Part shown: positions 24,831 to 35,900 of the stretch, piece after piece
Layout: each line of letters starts with the position of its first letter
Numbering within the stretch: the first letter of the stretch is position 1
Source of the DNA: Chiloscyllium plagiosum
Lineage: Eukaryota
Assembly: GCF_004010195.1 (NCBI RefSeq)
Contig: NC_057719.1
Location: 597,593 to 641,863 of the forward strand
Length of the DNA: 44,271 bases
Reading direction: 5' to 3'
The notes under the pieces: generated by a model
What the model was told of the DNA's origin: nothing
Seen by the model: the letters and a program-made list of their open reading frames with translations, nothing else
Databases searched by the model: none
Made by a program: the position numbers and the translations under genes

Positions 24831-25829
24831 TGAGTGAATGAAACTTATTCCATACACATCCTTTGAGCATAAACCTTCAGAGAGTTTACCTGGTGCAGCT
24901 GATACCAGGCTAGGGATGAGGGAGGGTGCTGCTGTGACTTGAATATGTGGCAGAGTTTATATGACGTGTTAGAGCTGGTTCAAAGATGGAACGATGTGGA
25001 CTGGAGACGCTGCTGGGTTGAACAGAATCCAAACTGCTCCCCGACCTGAACACCAGTTCAACAGGTCTGACTGCTCTGGTGTGAACTCTGATCATCTTCG
25101 ACTGTACGATAGGAAATCCACACAACAAATTCCCTCCGGACTGCCTCACAAAAAACAAATACTCCCATCTCTAGACATACAGGTATTTCAAAGCACTTTA
25201 TAGCCAGTTTTGCAAAACTGTTGTGGTGTAGGGATTTAAACCTGGCAGCTAATTTATAATACAACGTTAGCCAGACTTACTCATATAGTTAATTGACATA
25301 TTGGATTCAAGATGCTAATGACTCCACTCACTCCCAATCACCTCTCTGGGCTACGCAACTCAGGAAAATCCCCCGCTCCATCTGCGGCCTGTTCAGATTG
25401 TTAATCTGTGGTAGCAGTTGGGCAAGGTCAGTACACTGCTAGGGAAGGGACAGCAATGCTGCTGGCAAGTGGGTGAGTGAATTAATGTATGTACGTGAGT
25501 ATACATCTGTGCACATGCATGATGCATAGTTACATGTGTGCTGGGTTTGGGTGCGGGTGTGAGTATGTACCTGTTATGTCTGTGTGGATGTAGAAGAGCC
25601 ATTGCAAATGATTCAATTCGACAGACAGGAACTGACCTGAGTGCAAGCGGTGGCACCACTCCCAGCTGGAAGGCAGTGGAGAGATGAGTGAGAGAATGGC
25701 ACAGTCACCAAGGAGGGAAAGTTAACTGTTGTCACAATCCTGTGGCAGGGGAAGAAGTCTGACTGGAGAGATTCAAACAGGAATCCATTTCTGAGACGGC
25801 AACGTGTTCACGGAGTCTGAAGAAGGGGC

Positions 25830-26085
25830 AAGAGATTCAGAGGGAATCTGGGAAAAAATGTCTTCACTCAGGGAGTTGTGGGAATGCGGAATGCCCTGCC
25901 TGGGAAGGTAGTCGGAGGCTGGAAACTTTACAACCTTTAAAAAAATCTAGATGAATATTTCAAATATCAAACATTCAAGGATATGGGGCAAATGCAGGAA
26001 ATTGGGATTAGTGTGGCTTTAGTGGGAGTTTTATCAGTGCAGACTCGATGGGCCAAAGGGCCTTATCTGCACCGTGTGAATCTCT
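25830..26085 (+). mobile_element. CR1 3' end
   Basis: ttcactcagggagttgtgggaatgcggaatgccctgcc..gactcgatgggccaaagggcc. Confidence 0.7.
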
Positions 26086-26483
26086 GCATCAATTAACATG
26101 TGACACTGAGTTACCGAGGAATTATTAATCAGCTGACCAAAAGCTTGGCTCAGGATGTCAGTTTAAAGGAGAGTCCTAAAGCTGCCAGAGATAGAGAGAG
26201 AGAAGTTAAGGGACAGAATTCCAGAGCTCAGGATCCAGACATTTGAAAGTTCATCCACTAACTGTGCAGTAATTAAAATCGGGGTGAAGTAACAAGCCAG
26301 AATTTGTGGAGCACAGATATTTTGGAGAACTGGGATTGGAGGAGGTTACAGGGATACGGAGGGTCAAGGCTAAGGGCGGATTTGAAAACTAGGCAAATAA
26401 CTGTAAAAGCGAGATGTTGCTGGTTTGGGAGCCAGTAGGTCAGTGAGCACTGGGCCAGGTGGAGAACAGATGGAGTGGCTTAC

Positions 26484-26609
26484 CGACAGTGTGGGGGCCA
26501 GTGTAGGTACAAGGGTTTGGTTTCTCTCTCCTGACTTTATAATGTCCTCATCTTCTTCATGTTCCTCATCCTCCTCTAACAAGGAAGGCAGTTTGCCATC
26601 AGGGGAGAC
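26484..26609 (-). CDS. SYNE2: SYNE2 linker exon: VSPDGKLPSLLEEDEEHEEDEDIIKSGERNQTLVPTLAPTLS
   Basis: Acceptor ttcttttattccag, donor TCG|gtaagc, 126 nt, phase 0-0; acidic linker. Confidence 0.85.
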
Positions 26610-26753
26610 CTGGAATAAAAGAACATTTCTCTCCCATTTCCTCACAAACTCAGGACACACCAAAGCACATCACAGTCAAGGAGGTAACTTTGACATGTTG
26701 TCACCATGGTAACACAGGAACCATGGCACACAACAAGATCCAAAAACAGCACT

Positions 26754-27064
26754 GGGTGGCACGGTGGCTCAGTGGTTAGCATTGCTACCTCAGGTTCGAT
26801 TCCAGCCTCAGGGCGACTGACTGTGTGGAGTTTGCACATTCTCCCCGTGTCTGCGTGGGTTTCCTCCGGGTGCTCCAGTTTCCTCCCACAGTCCAAAGAT
26901 GTGCAGGTCAGGTGAATTGGCCATGCTAAATTGCCCATAGTGTTAGGTGCATTAGTCAGAGGGAAATGGGTCTGGGTGGGTTACTCTTCAGAGGGTCGGT
27001 ATGGACTTGTTGGGCCAAAGGGCCTGTTTCCACACTGTAGGGAATCTAATCTGATCTAATCTAA
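26754..27064 (+). mobile_element. HE1 (V-SINE)
   Basis: gggtggcacggtggctcagtggttagc head, V-domain, HER1-like tail ending (aatct)n. Confidence 0.9.
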
Positions 27065-28001
27065 CCTGTGGAGTAGGGTGAGAATACTGGCCTGAGGACA
27101 GAAGAGAACTTCACCTGCTCTTCCTCAAAACACTGCCCAAGGAGTTTTAATACCCTCTGCAGCCCTGGTCTACTCAGAGGGAGGACAGTTCCTCACTTAA
27201 CTTGCAGCCTAGATCCCGTGCACAAGCCAATGAAGTGGGCCTTGATGCCTGGCCTGAGTCTGCAGGCCGTTTGCTGACAATATCCAGAGAAAGATGATGA
27301 CAATACCTATCAATAGGGTAGCTGTGAAAAAGCCTAACTGGCCCAGTCACAGTCTCCCTCACATGCCTTTCCAGAAACTGGGACTCCTGTTGCACAACGG
27401 AGTTTGTTGTAATGGAAAACTGGGCGATTTCTGACCATACAGCTTAAGGCAAAATTAACAAATACACACACCTCTTTACCGCCCATTTTACTGCAGAGTT
27501 TGTTTTTCTAACTCTAATGAAAAGAACCTCACAGTATACTATCAAAAAGGGAACAGAGTGTAAGACTGTAAACTTTGGACTGAACAAGAACTGAAGCAAT
27601 TTATTTTCCAAACCCTAACCCGACTTCGCTCAAGACTGTACCTGGCTTTGACCCTGTAACATAAATTAGCATTGAACTAATATTTGGGTGATTGGCTAAT
27701 AATGTAAACCAATGCTAGCCCAAGATCCACACCTTAGGCTGCTTTGGCATTGACTGGTGACACAGTAACTGACTCCTTCTCTGCTGGTTCCTTACGAGGC
27801 AGAAATTCCAACACAACCTGTGCCCCACAAACACAGGCTCAAACCTTCCTGCAGGCAGTTTGAAAAGCTGACTCTTTTAAAAATCTGAAATAAAAGGCTG
27901 GTGTCTGCAAAAGTGATTGTGAAGTATTCTTTCTAACAGACCCTGACCCAGTTCAATTCTTTCTCTCTCTCTCTCTCTCCCCCCCCGTCAAGTGGATATT
28001 T

Positions 28002-28306
28002 GATTAGATTAGATTACTTACAGTGTGGAAACAGGCCCTTCGGCCCAACAAGTCCACACTGACACGCAACCCACCCAGACCCATTCTCTTACATTTACCC
28101 CTTCACCTAACACCACGGGCAATTTAGCATGGCCAATTCACCTAACTTGCACATCTTTGGACTGTGGGAGGAAACCGGAGCACCCGGAGGAAACCCGCGC
28201 AGACACGGGGAGAATGTGCAAACTCCTCACAGTCAGTCGCCTGAGGCGGGAATTGAACCCGGGTCTCTGGCGCTGTGAGGCAGCAGTGCTAACCACTGTG
28301 CCACCC
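28002..28306 (-). mobile_element. HE1 (V-SINE)
   Basis: Reverse complement of the 26754 element; (gatta)n tail. Confidence 0.9.
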
Positions 28307-28479
28307 ACAAAAACAAGTGTTTTTTACTAAGGTAAGAATATTGTCTTTTTTAAGACTTCTACTTCTGTTGCTGATTATATTTGATCAGTGCTCTCAGGTC
28401 AGCCATTCTTCTATCATCTGTCTATCTAATCAGGGGTTTGAACATCTCTCATCAACATGGAATTGAATCATAGAATTGG

Positions 28480-28790
28480 TAGTAGTGTAAGAGGCCAGGT
28501 AATGTTCTGGGGACTCAGGTCTGAATCCCACACTGGGATTTGAATTCATTGAGTATCTGGAATTAAAAGTCTCATGCTGACCATGAATCCACTGTTGATT
28601 GTTGGAAAAACCCATCTGGGTCACTGATGTCCTTCAGGGAAGGAAACTGCCATCCCTACCTGGTTTGGCCTATATGTAACTCCAGACCCACAGTATTGTG
28701 GGTGACTCTTAACTCCCTCCTGGGTAATTAGGGATTGGCCATAAATGCTGGCCTGGCCAGTGACACCCACAACATCAACATTCAACACCC
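28480..28790 (+). mobile_element. Shark SINE (family B)
   Basis: Matches 19359-19703. Confidence 0.7.
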
Positions 28791-29017
28791 CGTGAAGGAA
28801 TAACTAACAATAATTTGGTCTGTCAGGTGTTTGCCAGTTCTCTGTAACAGCAACGTAGCTGGTCCCACCACCTTTCCCCTTAGCCCTGCTAATTCTCCCC
28901 ATTCTGAATCTGACTCCAACACTCTGCCAATGTGTTGCAGAAAGTAGAACTCGGTCTGTGTTAACATTTTCCCTCGTGTCTCTATTGTCTCTTTTGTTAT
29001 CACCTTAAGTCTGTGTG

Positions 29018-29187
29018 GAAAAGTGTGGCACTGGAAAAGCACAGCAGGTTAGGCAACATCTGAGAAGCAGGAGCATTGACATAAGCCTGAATGTTCTCCT
29101 GCTCCTCGGATGCTGCCTGACCGGCTGTGCCTTTCCAGCACCACACTTTTCAACTCTCATCTCCAGGATCTGCAGTCCTCACTTTCT
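29018..29187. mobile_element. Head-to-head Penelope terminal-repeat insertion
   Basis: Inverted ctggaaaagcacagcagg / ctgtgcctttccag arms; diverged TSD cttaagtctgtgtg / cttaaacctgtgtg. Confidence 0.75.
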
Positions 29188-30245
29188 CTTAAACCTGTGT
29201 GCTCTGGTTCCTGAGCTTTGCAGGAATCGAAACAGTTTCTCCCTGTCCACTCTGTCATGATCTTGAACAACCCGATCTCCCCTCAACATTCCCATCTGGG
29301 ACAATGACCCAGCTTTACCAGCATTCCCAAGGAATTGGAGTTTTGAGCTGGATCTTCCAACTGCACTACAGAGGAACTCTTGCCCCTGCAAGGTATTGGC
29401 CTCAGCTGGGGCTGCAGGGAGACCATTGAAACAGGAGCAGAATTAGGCCATACAGCCTCTCAACCCTGCTCTGCCTTGCAATCACAGCTGATACATTTCT
29501 CAGGGATCCCACTGAAGAAGAGGATGCCAAGGAGACAGGACCATGGGAAATCAGGGGTCTCTGCAACACCAGGGTTTCTCCTGTGACTGGTTTGGGTTGG
29601 GGGAACTGGATCATCAGTGGTTTGGGGGGACAGGGATGGGGCGAGTGGATTAGGCCACTGATGGACGCAGGTTGCCGAAATCCAGCCTGAACTGGCAGGT
29701 TGGACTCAGCAGCGTACTTCCATGGGCATTGACCTCCCCACATAATGGATTGGCAGTGGGAGGAGGCCATTCTCTGGGACCTCAATCAGCCCAGCGTGAC
29801 CCTGATGCCTGTCTAATGTACCTCCTGGCAGAGAGAAAATCCCAGTGGAGATGGACAGGATGTACAGCTGCTGGCCACACTGCGTTTCTACACCTCCCGA
29901 TATTCTCCTCACCTGCAGGAAGATGTGTACAATCCCAATCTAAGCCTCTGTTTATGAAATCCAGAATTCCACACACCTTCCGGAATTGATACATTCACAT
30001 CCCAGCTCCCTTTGGATTTGCTCTCGTTATTTTCATGTATCTTTCGTTGTTAGATCTTTGCTCGACTCTGGCTTGAACAACCTCAGCTTCTCAAGTTGAA
30101 GGTAAAACTTTCGAAGAAAGGAAGCTGGGGAATTATTTTCCGAAGCAGGTTGGTTGGATCTGATGACAGAAATACTGGTGGAAGCTCAACAGATAATTAT
30201 CCAGAAAGGATAAAAAGCTGCAGGGCCATGAGGAAAAAGCTGGAG

Positions 30246-30562
30246 AGATTAGATTACCTACAGTGTGGAAACAGGCCCTTTGGCCCAACAAGTCCACACC
30301 AACCCTTCGAAGAGCGACCCACTTTCCCCTACATTCACCCTTGACTAATGCACCTAACACTATGGGCAATTTAGCATGGCCAATTCACCTGACCTGCACA
30401 TCTTTGGACTGTGGGAGGAAACCGGAGCACCCGGAGGAAACCCACACAGACACGGGGAGAATGTGCAGACTCCACACAGACAGTTGCCCGAGGCGGGAAT
30501 TGAACCCGGGTCCCTGGTGCTGTGAGGCAGCAGTGCTAACCACTGAGCCACCGTGCCGCCCC
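30246..30562 (-). mobile_element. HE1 (V-SINE), full length
   Basis: Complete tRNA-like head, V-domain and tail. Confidence 0.92.
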
Positions 30563-30654
30563 ATGAGCCATTGTGCCGCACTGTGCCGAATGGGACTAAT
30601 TGAATATCAAAGGAATAACACAGAAATGAGGGGGTCAAAGGGTGGTCTTTGAAT

Positions 30655-31190
30655 ATAAGAGAAGAATTAGGCTATTCAGCCCATCAAATCTGCTTTATCA
30701 TTTGACATGGCTGATAAGTTTCTCATCCTTCCTCCTGCTTTCTCTCTGTAACCCTCGATTCCCTTACTAATCAAGAACCCATCGATCTCTGTTTTGATGA
30801 AGTGTCACAGGACTCAAAATGTTAGGTCTGCTTTCTTCCCCTGATGCTGTCACTCCTTCTGGGATTCACCAGCAATTCCTGGTTTTGTTTCAGCTCTCTA
30901 TCATCCATAGTTCTTTGTTCTATATAACCTATCAATCTCCATCTTAAACACACTCAGTGACTTGGCCTCTACAGTCCTCTGCAGCAATAATTTCCACAGA
31001 TTAGTAACTACCCTCTGGCTGAAGAAATTCCTCCTCATCTCAGTTTTAAAGGGTTATCCCTTCACCCTGAGGCTGTGCTGCCTGCACCTGGTCTCTCCTA
31101 CTAATGGAACAATCTTCTCCCTGTCACTCTATGAGTAATCTGGAAAGTTCAATCAGATCTGCCCTCATCCTTCTAAACTTTACTGAGTCC
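30655..31190 (-). mobile_element. CR1 3' fragment interrupted by a third Penelope-type terminal element (about 30790-30922)
   Basis: gaagaaattcctcctcatctcagtttt CR1 motif; insert flanked by aacccatcgatctc / aacctatcaatctc. Confidence 0.65.
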
Positions 31191-31313
31191 AATCTTCTGT
31201 GCTGTATCTCTGAAGAAATCTGTGGGATTTCACACACAATGTAAACTGGCAGCAGAAGTGCATTGTGTAATTATTGCCCAACTTCCCCTCCAATCAACGG
31301 TCTGCACACACTC

Positions 31314-31515
31314 AGAGTCAGACAGGCAGTCAGACAGTCAGACAGTCAGACAGACAGTCAGACAGACAGTCAGACAGACAGTCAGACAGTCAGTCAGACA
31401 GTCAGTCAGACAGACAGTCAGACAGTCAGTCAGACAGTCAGACAGACAGTCAGACAGTCAGACAGACAGTCAGACAGACAGACAGTCAGACAGACAGACA
31501 GTCAGACAGACAGAC
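31314..31515. repeat. (CAGA/CAGT)n compound microsatellite
   Basis: Direct inspection. Confidence 0.95.
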
Positions 31516-31584
31516 CCTCCTGTTCTGTTGTTGTTATTCTCCAGTCGGTGTGAATCCTCATCCCTCTGGCAGCACACCCACCTT

Positions 31585-31858
31585 CACCGCCATTCCCTCA
31601 CCACCAGACCCTGGAGGAAGAACGCCTCATCTTCTGCCTCGGAACACTGACCTATTGTACTCTATGCTACTCTCTCCCCACCCCCACCCCCCTCTAGCTT
31701 ATCTCTCCACCCTTCAGGCTCTCTGCCTTTATTCCTGATGAAGGGCTTTTGCCCGAAACGTCGATTTTGCTGCTCCTCGGATGCTGCCTGAATTGCTGTG
31801 CTCTTCCAGCACCACTGATCCAGAATCTGGTTTCCAGGATCTGCAGTCATTGTTTTTA
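31585..31858 (+). mobile_element. Internally deleted Penelope 3' fragment
   Basis: ctggaggaagaacgcctcatcttctgcctcggaacac (LEEERLIFCLGT) then terminal repeat with intact hammerhead core. Confidence 0.85.
31731..31766 (+). ncRNA. Minimal hammerhead ribozyme-like motif (Penelope-associated), intact core
   Basis: CTGATGA(31735)-A-GGGC-TTTT-GCCC-GAAA-CG-TC; stem I is weak (attc/gatt). Confidence 0.7.
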
Positions 31859-31879
31859 TCCACCTTTCACCTCAGTCCA

Positions 31880-32165
31880 CTCTGGGTTCAGTCCCACTCA
31901 AGGACTGGAACACACAAAGCCAAGCTGACCCAGACGGAGTGCTGCACTGTCAGAGACTCTTTGCTGAGTCACCATCTCTCTGCTGGGGAGAATGTAAGAC
32001 ACCCCATATCATTGCATTGTAGGAAAGGGGCAGGGCAGAGGACTGTTCACCACGGTATCCAGGCCAATCAGTCAACAGATCATCTCGACACAATCCCAAT
32101 GCTGTTGGTGGGATCTTACTGTGCACAGACTGCTGCATTTCCCACATGACAACAATAACAAAGTA
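31880..32165 (+). mobile_element. Deu-domain SINE (SacSINE1/AmnSINE-like), decayed
   Basis: ggagtgctgcactgtcagag core and gtgggatcttactgtgcacagactgctgcatttcccacatgacaaca tail; related minus copies near 15165-15400 and 38815-39480. Confidence 0.6.
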
Positions 32166-32194
32166 GTTAACTGAATATGGAGCTATCTCCTTAA

Positions 32195-32602
32195 ACACTG
32201 ACCCTGTGAGAGTGCGGCGCTCCCTCAGTACAAGCCCTCCAACAGTGCATGTGGCACGCCCTCAGCGCTGACCTTCCGACAGTGCAGTGCTCTCTCAGTG
32301 TTGACCCTCTGACATCGCAGCATTCCCTCAGTACTGACCAACTAACAATGTGATGCTCCCTCAGCACTGACCCTCCGACAATGCAGTGGTCCCTCAGCAC
32401 TGACCCTCCGATAGTGTGCATTCCCTCAGTACTGTGACAGTGCAGCACTCCCTCAGCACCAACCCTCTGATAATGCACACTCCTTCAGTATGGACCCTCC
32501 GACAGTGTGGCACTCCCTCAGCACTGACCCTCCGATAATGCGCACTCCTTCAGTATGGACCCTCCGACAGTGCGGCACTCCCTCAGCACTGACCCTTCGA
32601 CA
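32195..32602. repeat. Degenerate array of the same 33-bp unit, about 12 copies
   Basis: cagcactgaccctccgacagtgcggcactccctcag variants. Confidence 0.9.
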
Positions 32603-32836
32603 GAGCAGCTTTTTTATTTCTCGAGTTTGGAGGATTGAAATTTGAATTCTCACTGTAGTCAGGGTTGAATTTGACTCTTGTTTCTCAGTATGATCAGTAA
32701 GATCACCACCACACTCCTGTAGCTGATGCTCAGCCTGTCATAGTCAGCCAGCTCATAAATGTCCCAGCCCCAAATTTCACCTGGAAAATGTTGGAACCCA
32801 ACCCGGTCCCAGCTCCACGTCCGGACGAGGAAGTAC

Positions 32837-33037
32837 CTTGGAGTCCCAGGGGAGGTTGCTCAGTGCTGTGGCTGACTGCTCTTCCTCTCTGCTGCTCTTG
32901 TCAGCCGGCTCCTCACCCTCTGGCTTGTCTTGTACAAGCTGAGTCAGTGCTTCCTGTGTACTGTTCAACAGTAACTCCCTCCGCTCGGTCAGACTAGCCA
33001 GCCTCTCGCCTTGTGTTTCATCATAAAGCTCACCCAC
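32837..33037 (-). CDS. SYNE2: SYNE2 exon: VGELYDETQGERLASLTERRELLLNSTQEALTQLVQDKPEGEEPADKSSREEEQSATALSNLPWDSK
   Basis: Acceptor catgttcccag, donor AAG|gtactt, 201 nt, phase 0-0; within ORF 32777..33136. Confidence 0.82.
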
Positions 33038-33175
33038 CTGGGAACATGATAGAGGTTTAGTCAGCCTCGAATATTTCCCCAAGTCCTCCCACACAAACTG
33101 ACCCTTGTTCCATAGGCATCCCCTGAGGGAGCCCATTCATTCCATTAGGTATATGCTAGCCCTTATCTGAAAACA

Positions 33176-33383
33176 GAGCTTAAAAATATGTTGCTGGAAA
33201 AGCGCAGCAGGCCAGGCAGCATCAAAGGAGCAGGAGAATCGAGGTTTTGGGCATAAGCCCTTCTTCAGGAATGCCCGAAACGTCGATTCTCCTGCTCCTT
33301 TGATGCTGCCTGACCTGCTGCGCTTTTCCAGCAACACATTTTTAAGCTCTGATCTCCAGGATCTGCAGTCCCCACTTTCTCCT
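33176..33383. mobile_element. Head-to-head Penelope terminal-repeat insertion with 15-bp TSD
   Basis: ccttatctgaaaaca at 33161-33175 and 33384-33398; about 80-bp inverted arms with 16-nt spacer. Confidence 0.9.
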
Positions 33384-34285
33384 CCTTATCTGAAAACACT
33401 CAATAATTGCACAAGTTTAGAGTTATAATGTCCCAAGGCAGCTCATATAAATCAGAAAGGAATGACTACAACAGTAGGGGACATTCGTGGGAGGGGAATG
33501 AAATATTGGCCAAATGGTTTTATTATAAGGAGGATCCTAATGGCAGAGGGTGAGGCAGAAAGATTGAGGGAGGCAAATCCAGGATGTGGGGAAGAGACTG
33601 TTGCATTTTTACTTTTAATTTTTTAGTTGTTAGTTTTGTGAGGTGGGGTGATCCTCAGGTTAAACTGATCACTAGTCCTTTCTGTCCAATGGCAGCACAA
33701 CTTATTGTCTTATTTGACTATGTCAACTTTTATTTGCATGTCCATCATTGGTTTTGAATGATTGAGAAATGTAAAAACCACACCTTTTCGTTTCTTTGTG
33801 CTTTTGGATGTAGACCGAAATGGGGAAAGAACTGTTTTAAAAATCAAGGATTGTCAAAAGATTTTTTTTAAATTTAGAAGTAACTTGACATTTTTGGCAG
33901 TACAGTTTAGGCAGCAACAGTAAAGCCTGATTGGAGAGGAACTGGAGTCAAGAGGTGCATACAAATGGAGATTTGGTTGGTAACAAGTAGCTGATTGGTC
34001 TGCGGGCTGATGACATGTTAATCAAAGACTAAGGTTTTCTGCCTGCCAACAGTGATGTGATTGGCTCCCAGATACTGAACAACTTGGGGCTGTGAATGCT
34101 TTGGCAGAACCCAGGGGACCTTTGGAGGAGATGGAGCTGTGTTTCTGTGCTGCAGTAAAAAGCATCCCAAGTCTGAAGGTATACAGTTTGTTTTCTCTTT
34201 CCAGCTGTTGTAAGCTGTGATTTTAATTGATAAAGTAAAGACCTTTATAAATGGGAATCAGTCACCCTGTGCCTCCTACAAACAA

Positions 34286-34440
34286 AGTCAGAAGTCACAT
34301 AATACCAGGTTGTAGTCAGGGGATGAAGGAGCAGTGCTCCGAAAGCTTGTAGATTTCAAATAAACCTGTTGGACTATAACCTGGTATTGTGTGACCTCTG
34401 ACCTTGCCCACCCCAGTCCAACTCCAACACCTCCACACCA
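34286..34440. mobile_element. Second-family Penelope-type terminal element, inverted, 12-bp TSD
   Basis: tcctacaaacaa at 34274-34285 and 34441-34452; arms 34287-34317 / 34372-34402; related copy at 43595-43725. Confidence 0.75.
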
Positions 34441-34504
34441 TCCTACAAACAAGTGCAAGTATCTGAAGAAGGGTGATCGAGAAGCAGTGCAAGGATCGTC
34501 TCAC

Positions 34505-34573
34505 ATTCCCTGTGGACAGAGGAACTGCCATCCCGGTCTTCCTCTCCTTCATCTGGTCAACGGGTGAATGATA
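34505..34573 (-). CDS. SYNE2: Tentative SYNE2 exon: YHSPVDQMKERKTGMAVPLSTGN
   Basis: Weak acceptor tctagttcag, donor AAT|gtgaga, 69 nt, phase 0-0, open; would fill a gap of about 25 aa expected from recalled human alignment. Confidence 0.35.
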
Positions 34574-34704
34574 CTGAACTAGATTGTCATGTCAATATTA
34601 TTGTTCACAAGAGGGGACATGGTGAGTATCTGATTCCAGCCTCAGTCCTGAAGACATGTGGATGGGGATGGGAGGAACATGTGTCCTCTGCTACATGTAC
34701 TCAC

Positions 34705-34758
34705 CTGCTGTAACCTCTCCATCTCTGTGTTATATTCCTGTAATTTTTCCAACAGTGA
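34705..34758 (-). CDS. SYNE2: SYNE2 exon: SLLEKLQEYNTEMERLQQ
   Basis: Acceptor ttatctcttccag, donor CAG|gtgagt, 54 nt, phase 0-0, heptad-like. Confidence 0.88.
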
Positions 34759-35249
34759 CTGGAAGAGATAATAACATGGTACCAAATGAAAGGAGCTTCA
34801 CATGCCAAACAGCAATATATTCCCAGATACACACACAAATTGGTACAGACAGCAACAACTTGTTACTTTGCACTGTCTAACATGGTAAAACATCCCAAGA
34901 CTCACTTCAGAATTGTTATCAAAGAAAATGCAACACCAACCACATAAAGACATATAGGTCATAGAAACAAGAATCTGGTCATAGGTTTAAGCAGCATCTT
35001 AATGGGGGTGACAGCAGAGGTTTAGGGAGGGAATTCCAGAACTTGGCATCCAAACAGCTCCAAGGCACAGCTGTCAAAGATGGAATGATGGTAATTGGGG
35101 CAATTTGGAATTGGAGAAGTGCAGGGGTCTTGGAGGGTTACGAGGTAAGCGGAGATTGCAGAGAGACGGAGCAGGCAAGGATAGGGGGGGTTTGGAAACA
35201 AAGATGAGAAGTTTGAAATTGAGGTCCTGTCAACTCTATAGCCGATGTA

Positions 35250-35900
35250 CCTCAACAAGCCATTCAAAAGAATCATGGCTGATCCGATTACACTGTGTAC
35301 CCACTTACCCTCAATACATTTCAGCACCCCTCACCCCCTCCCCATCCCTGGCTTATGAAGAATCTTATCTGTCTCAATCTTAAATATATTCAAAGATTCT
35401 GCTCCCACATCTTTTAAGGAAGAGAGTTCCAAAGACTCAACATTTTGAGAAAGACAAAACTTGTCATCTCTGTTTTAAATGGACAATCCATTAAAGTGTT
35501 CCCAAGTTCTAGATTCTCCACATCCTCTCCACATGCACCCAGCCAAGTTCCCTCAGGATGTTGTATATTTCAATCAAGTCACATCTAACTTTTATAAACT
35601 CCAGTAGACACAGACTCAACCTAGTCAATCTTTCTTTGTCAGATGGCCCACTCATTCCTGGTAATAGTTTGGTAAACCTTCTCCAAACATCTTCCCTAAA
35701 GCAGGTGACCAGGAGTGAACACAGACCTTCAGATGTGGTCTCACCGATGCTCTGTATAACAAAAGCGTAACCTCCCTACTCCCTGCATTCAGTTCCTCTC
35801 TCAATAGATGATAACATTTGTTTTCTGAATTACTTGCTGTACCCAGATGCTGAGGCTGAGATTCATGCACCAGGACACCCAGGTGCTTCGACATCTTTGG
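35250..35900 (-). mobile_element. Old CR1 3' fragment
   Basis: LGVLVHESQ..REVTLLLYRASVRPHL. Confidence 0.7.

Noticed and set aside
24890..25101. Candidate linker exon with good acceptor (25101) and donor CAG|gtaaac (24890)
   Set aside because: 212 nt with stops in all three frames and no convincing in-frame internal donor; not supportable without RNA data
26754..26815. tRNA-like sequences at HE1 heads
   Set aside because: SINE Pol III promoter regions, followed by V-domain and LINE tail; not tRNA genes
31222..31738. ORFs with SDRQ/QTVR repeats
   Set aside because: Translation of the CAGA/CAGT microsatellite
33920..34070. Three GATTGG (reverse CCAAT) motifs suggesting a promoter
   Set aside because: No associated donor, CpG enrichment or other support; may be an unclassified repeat remnant
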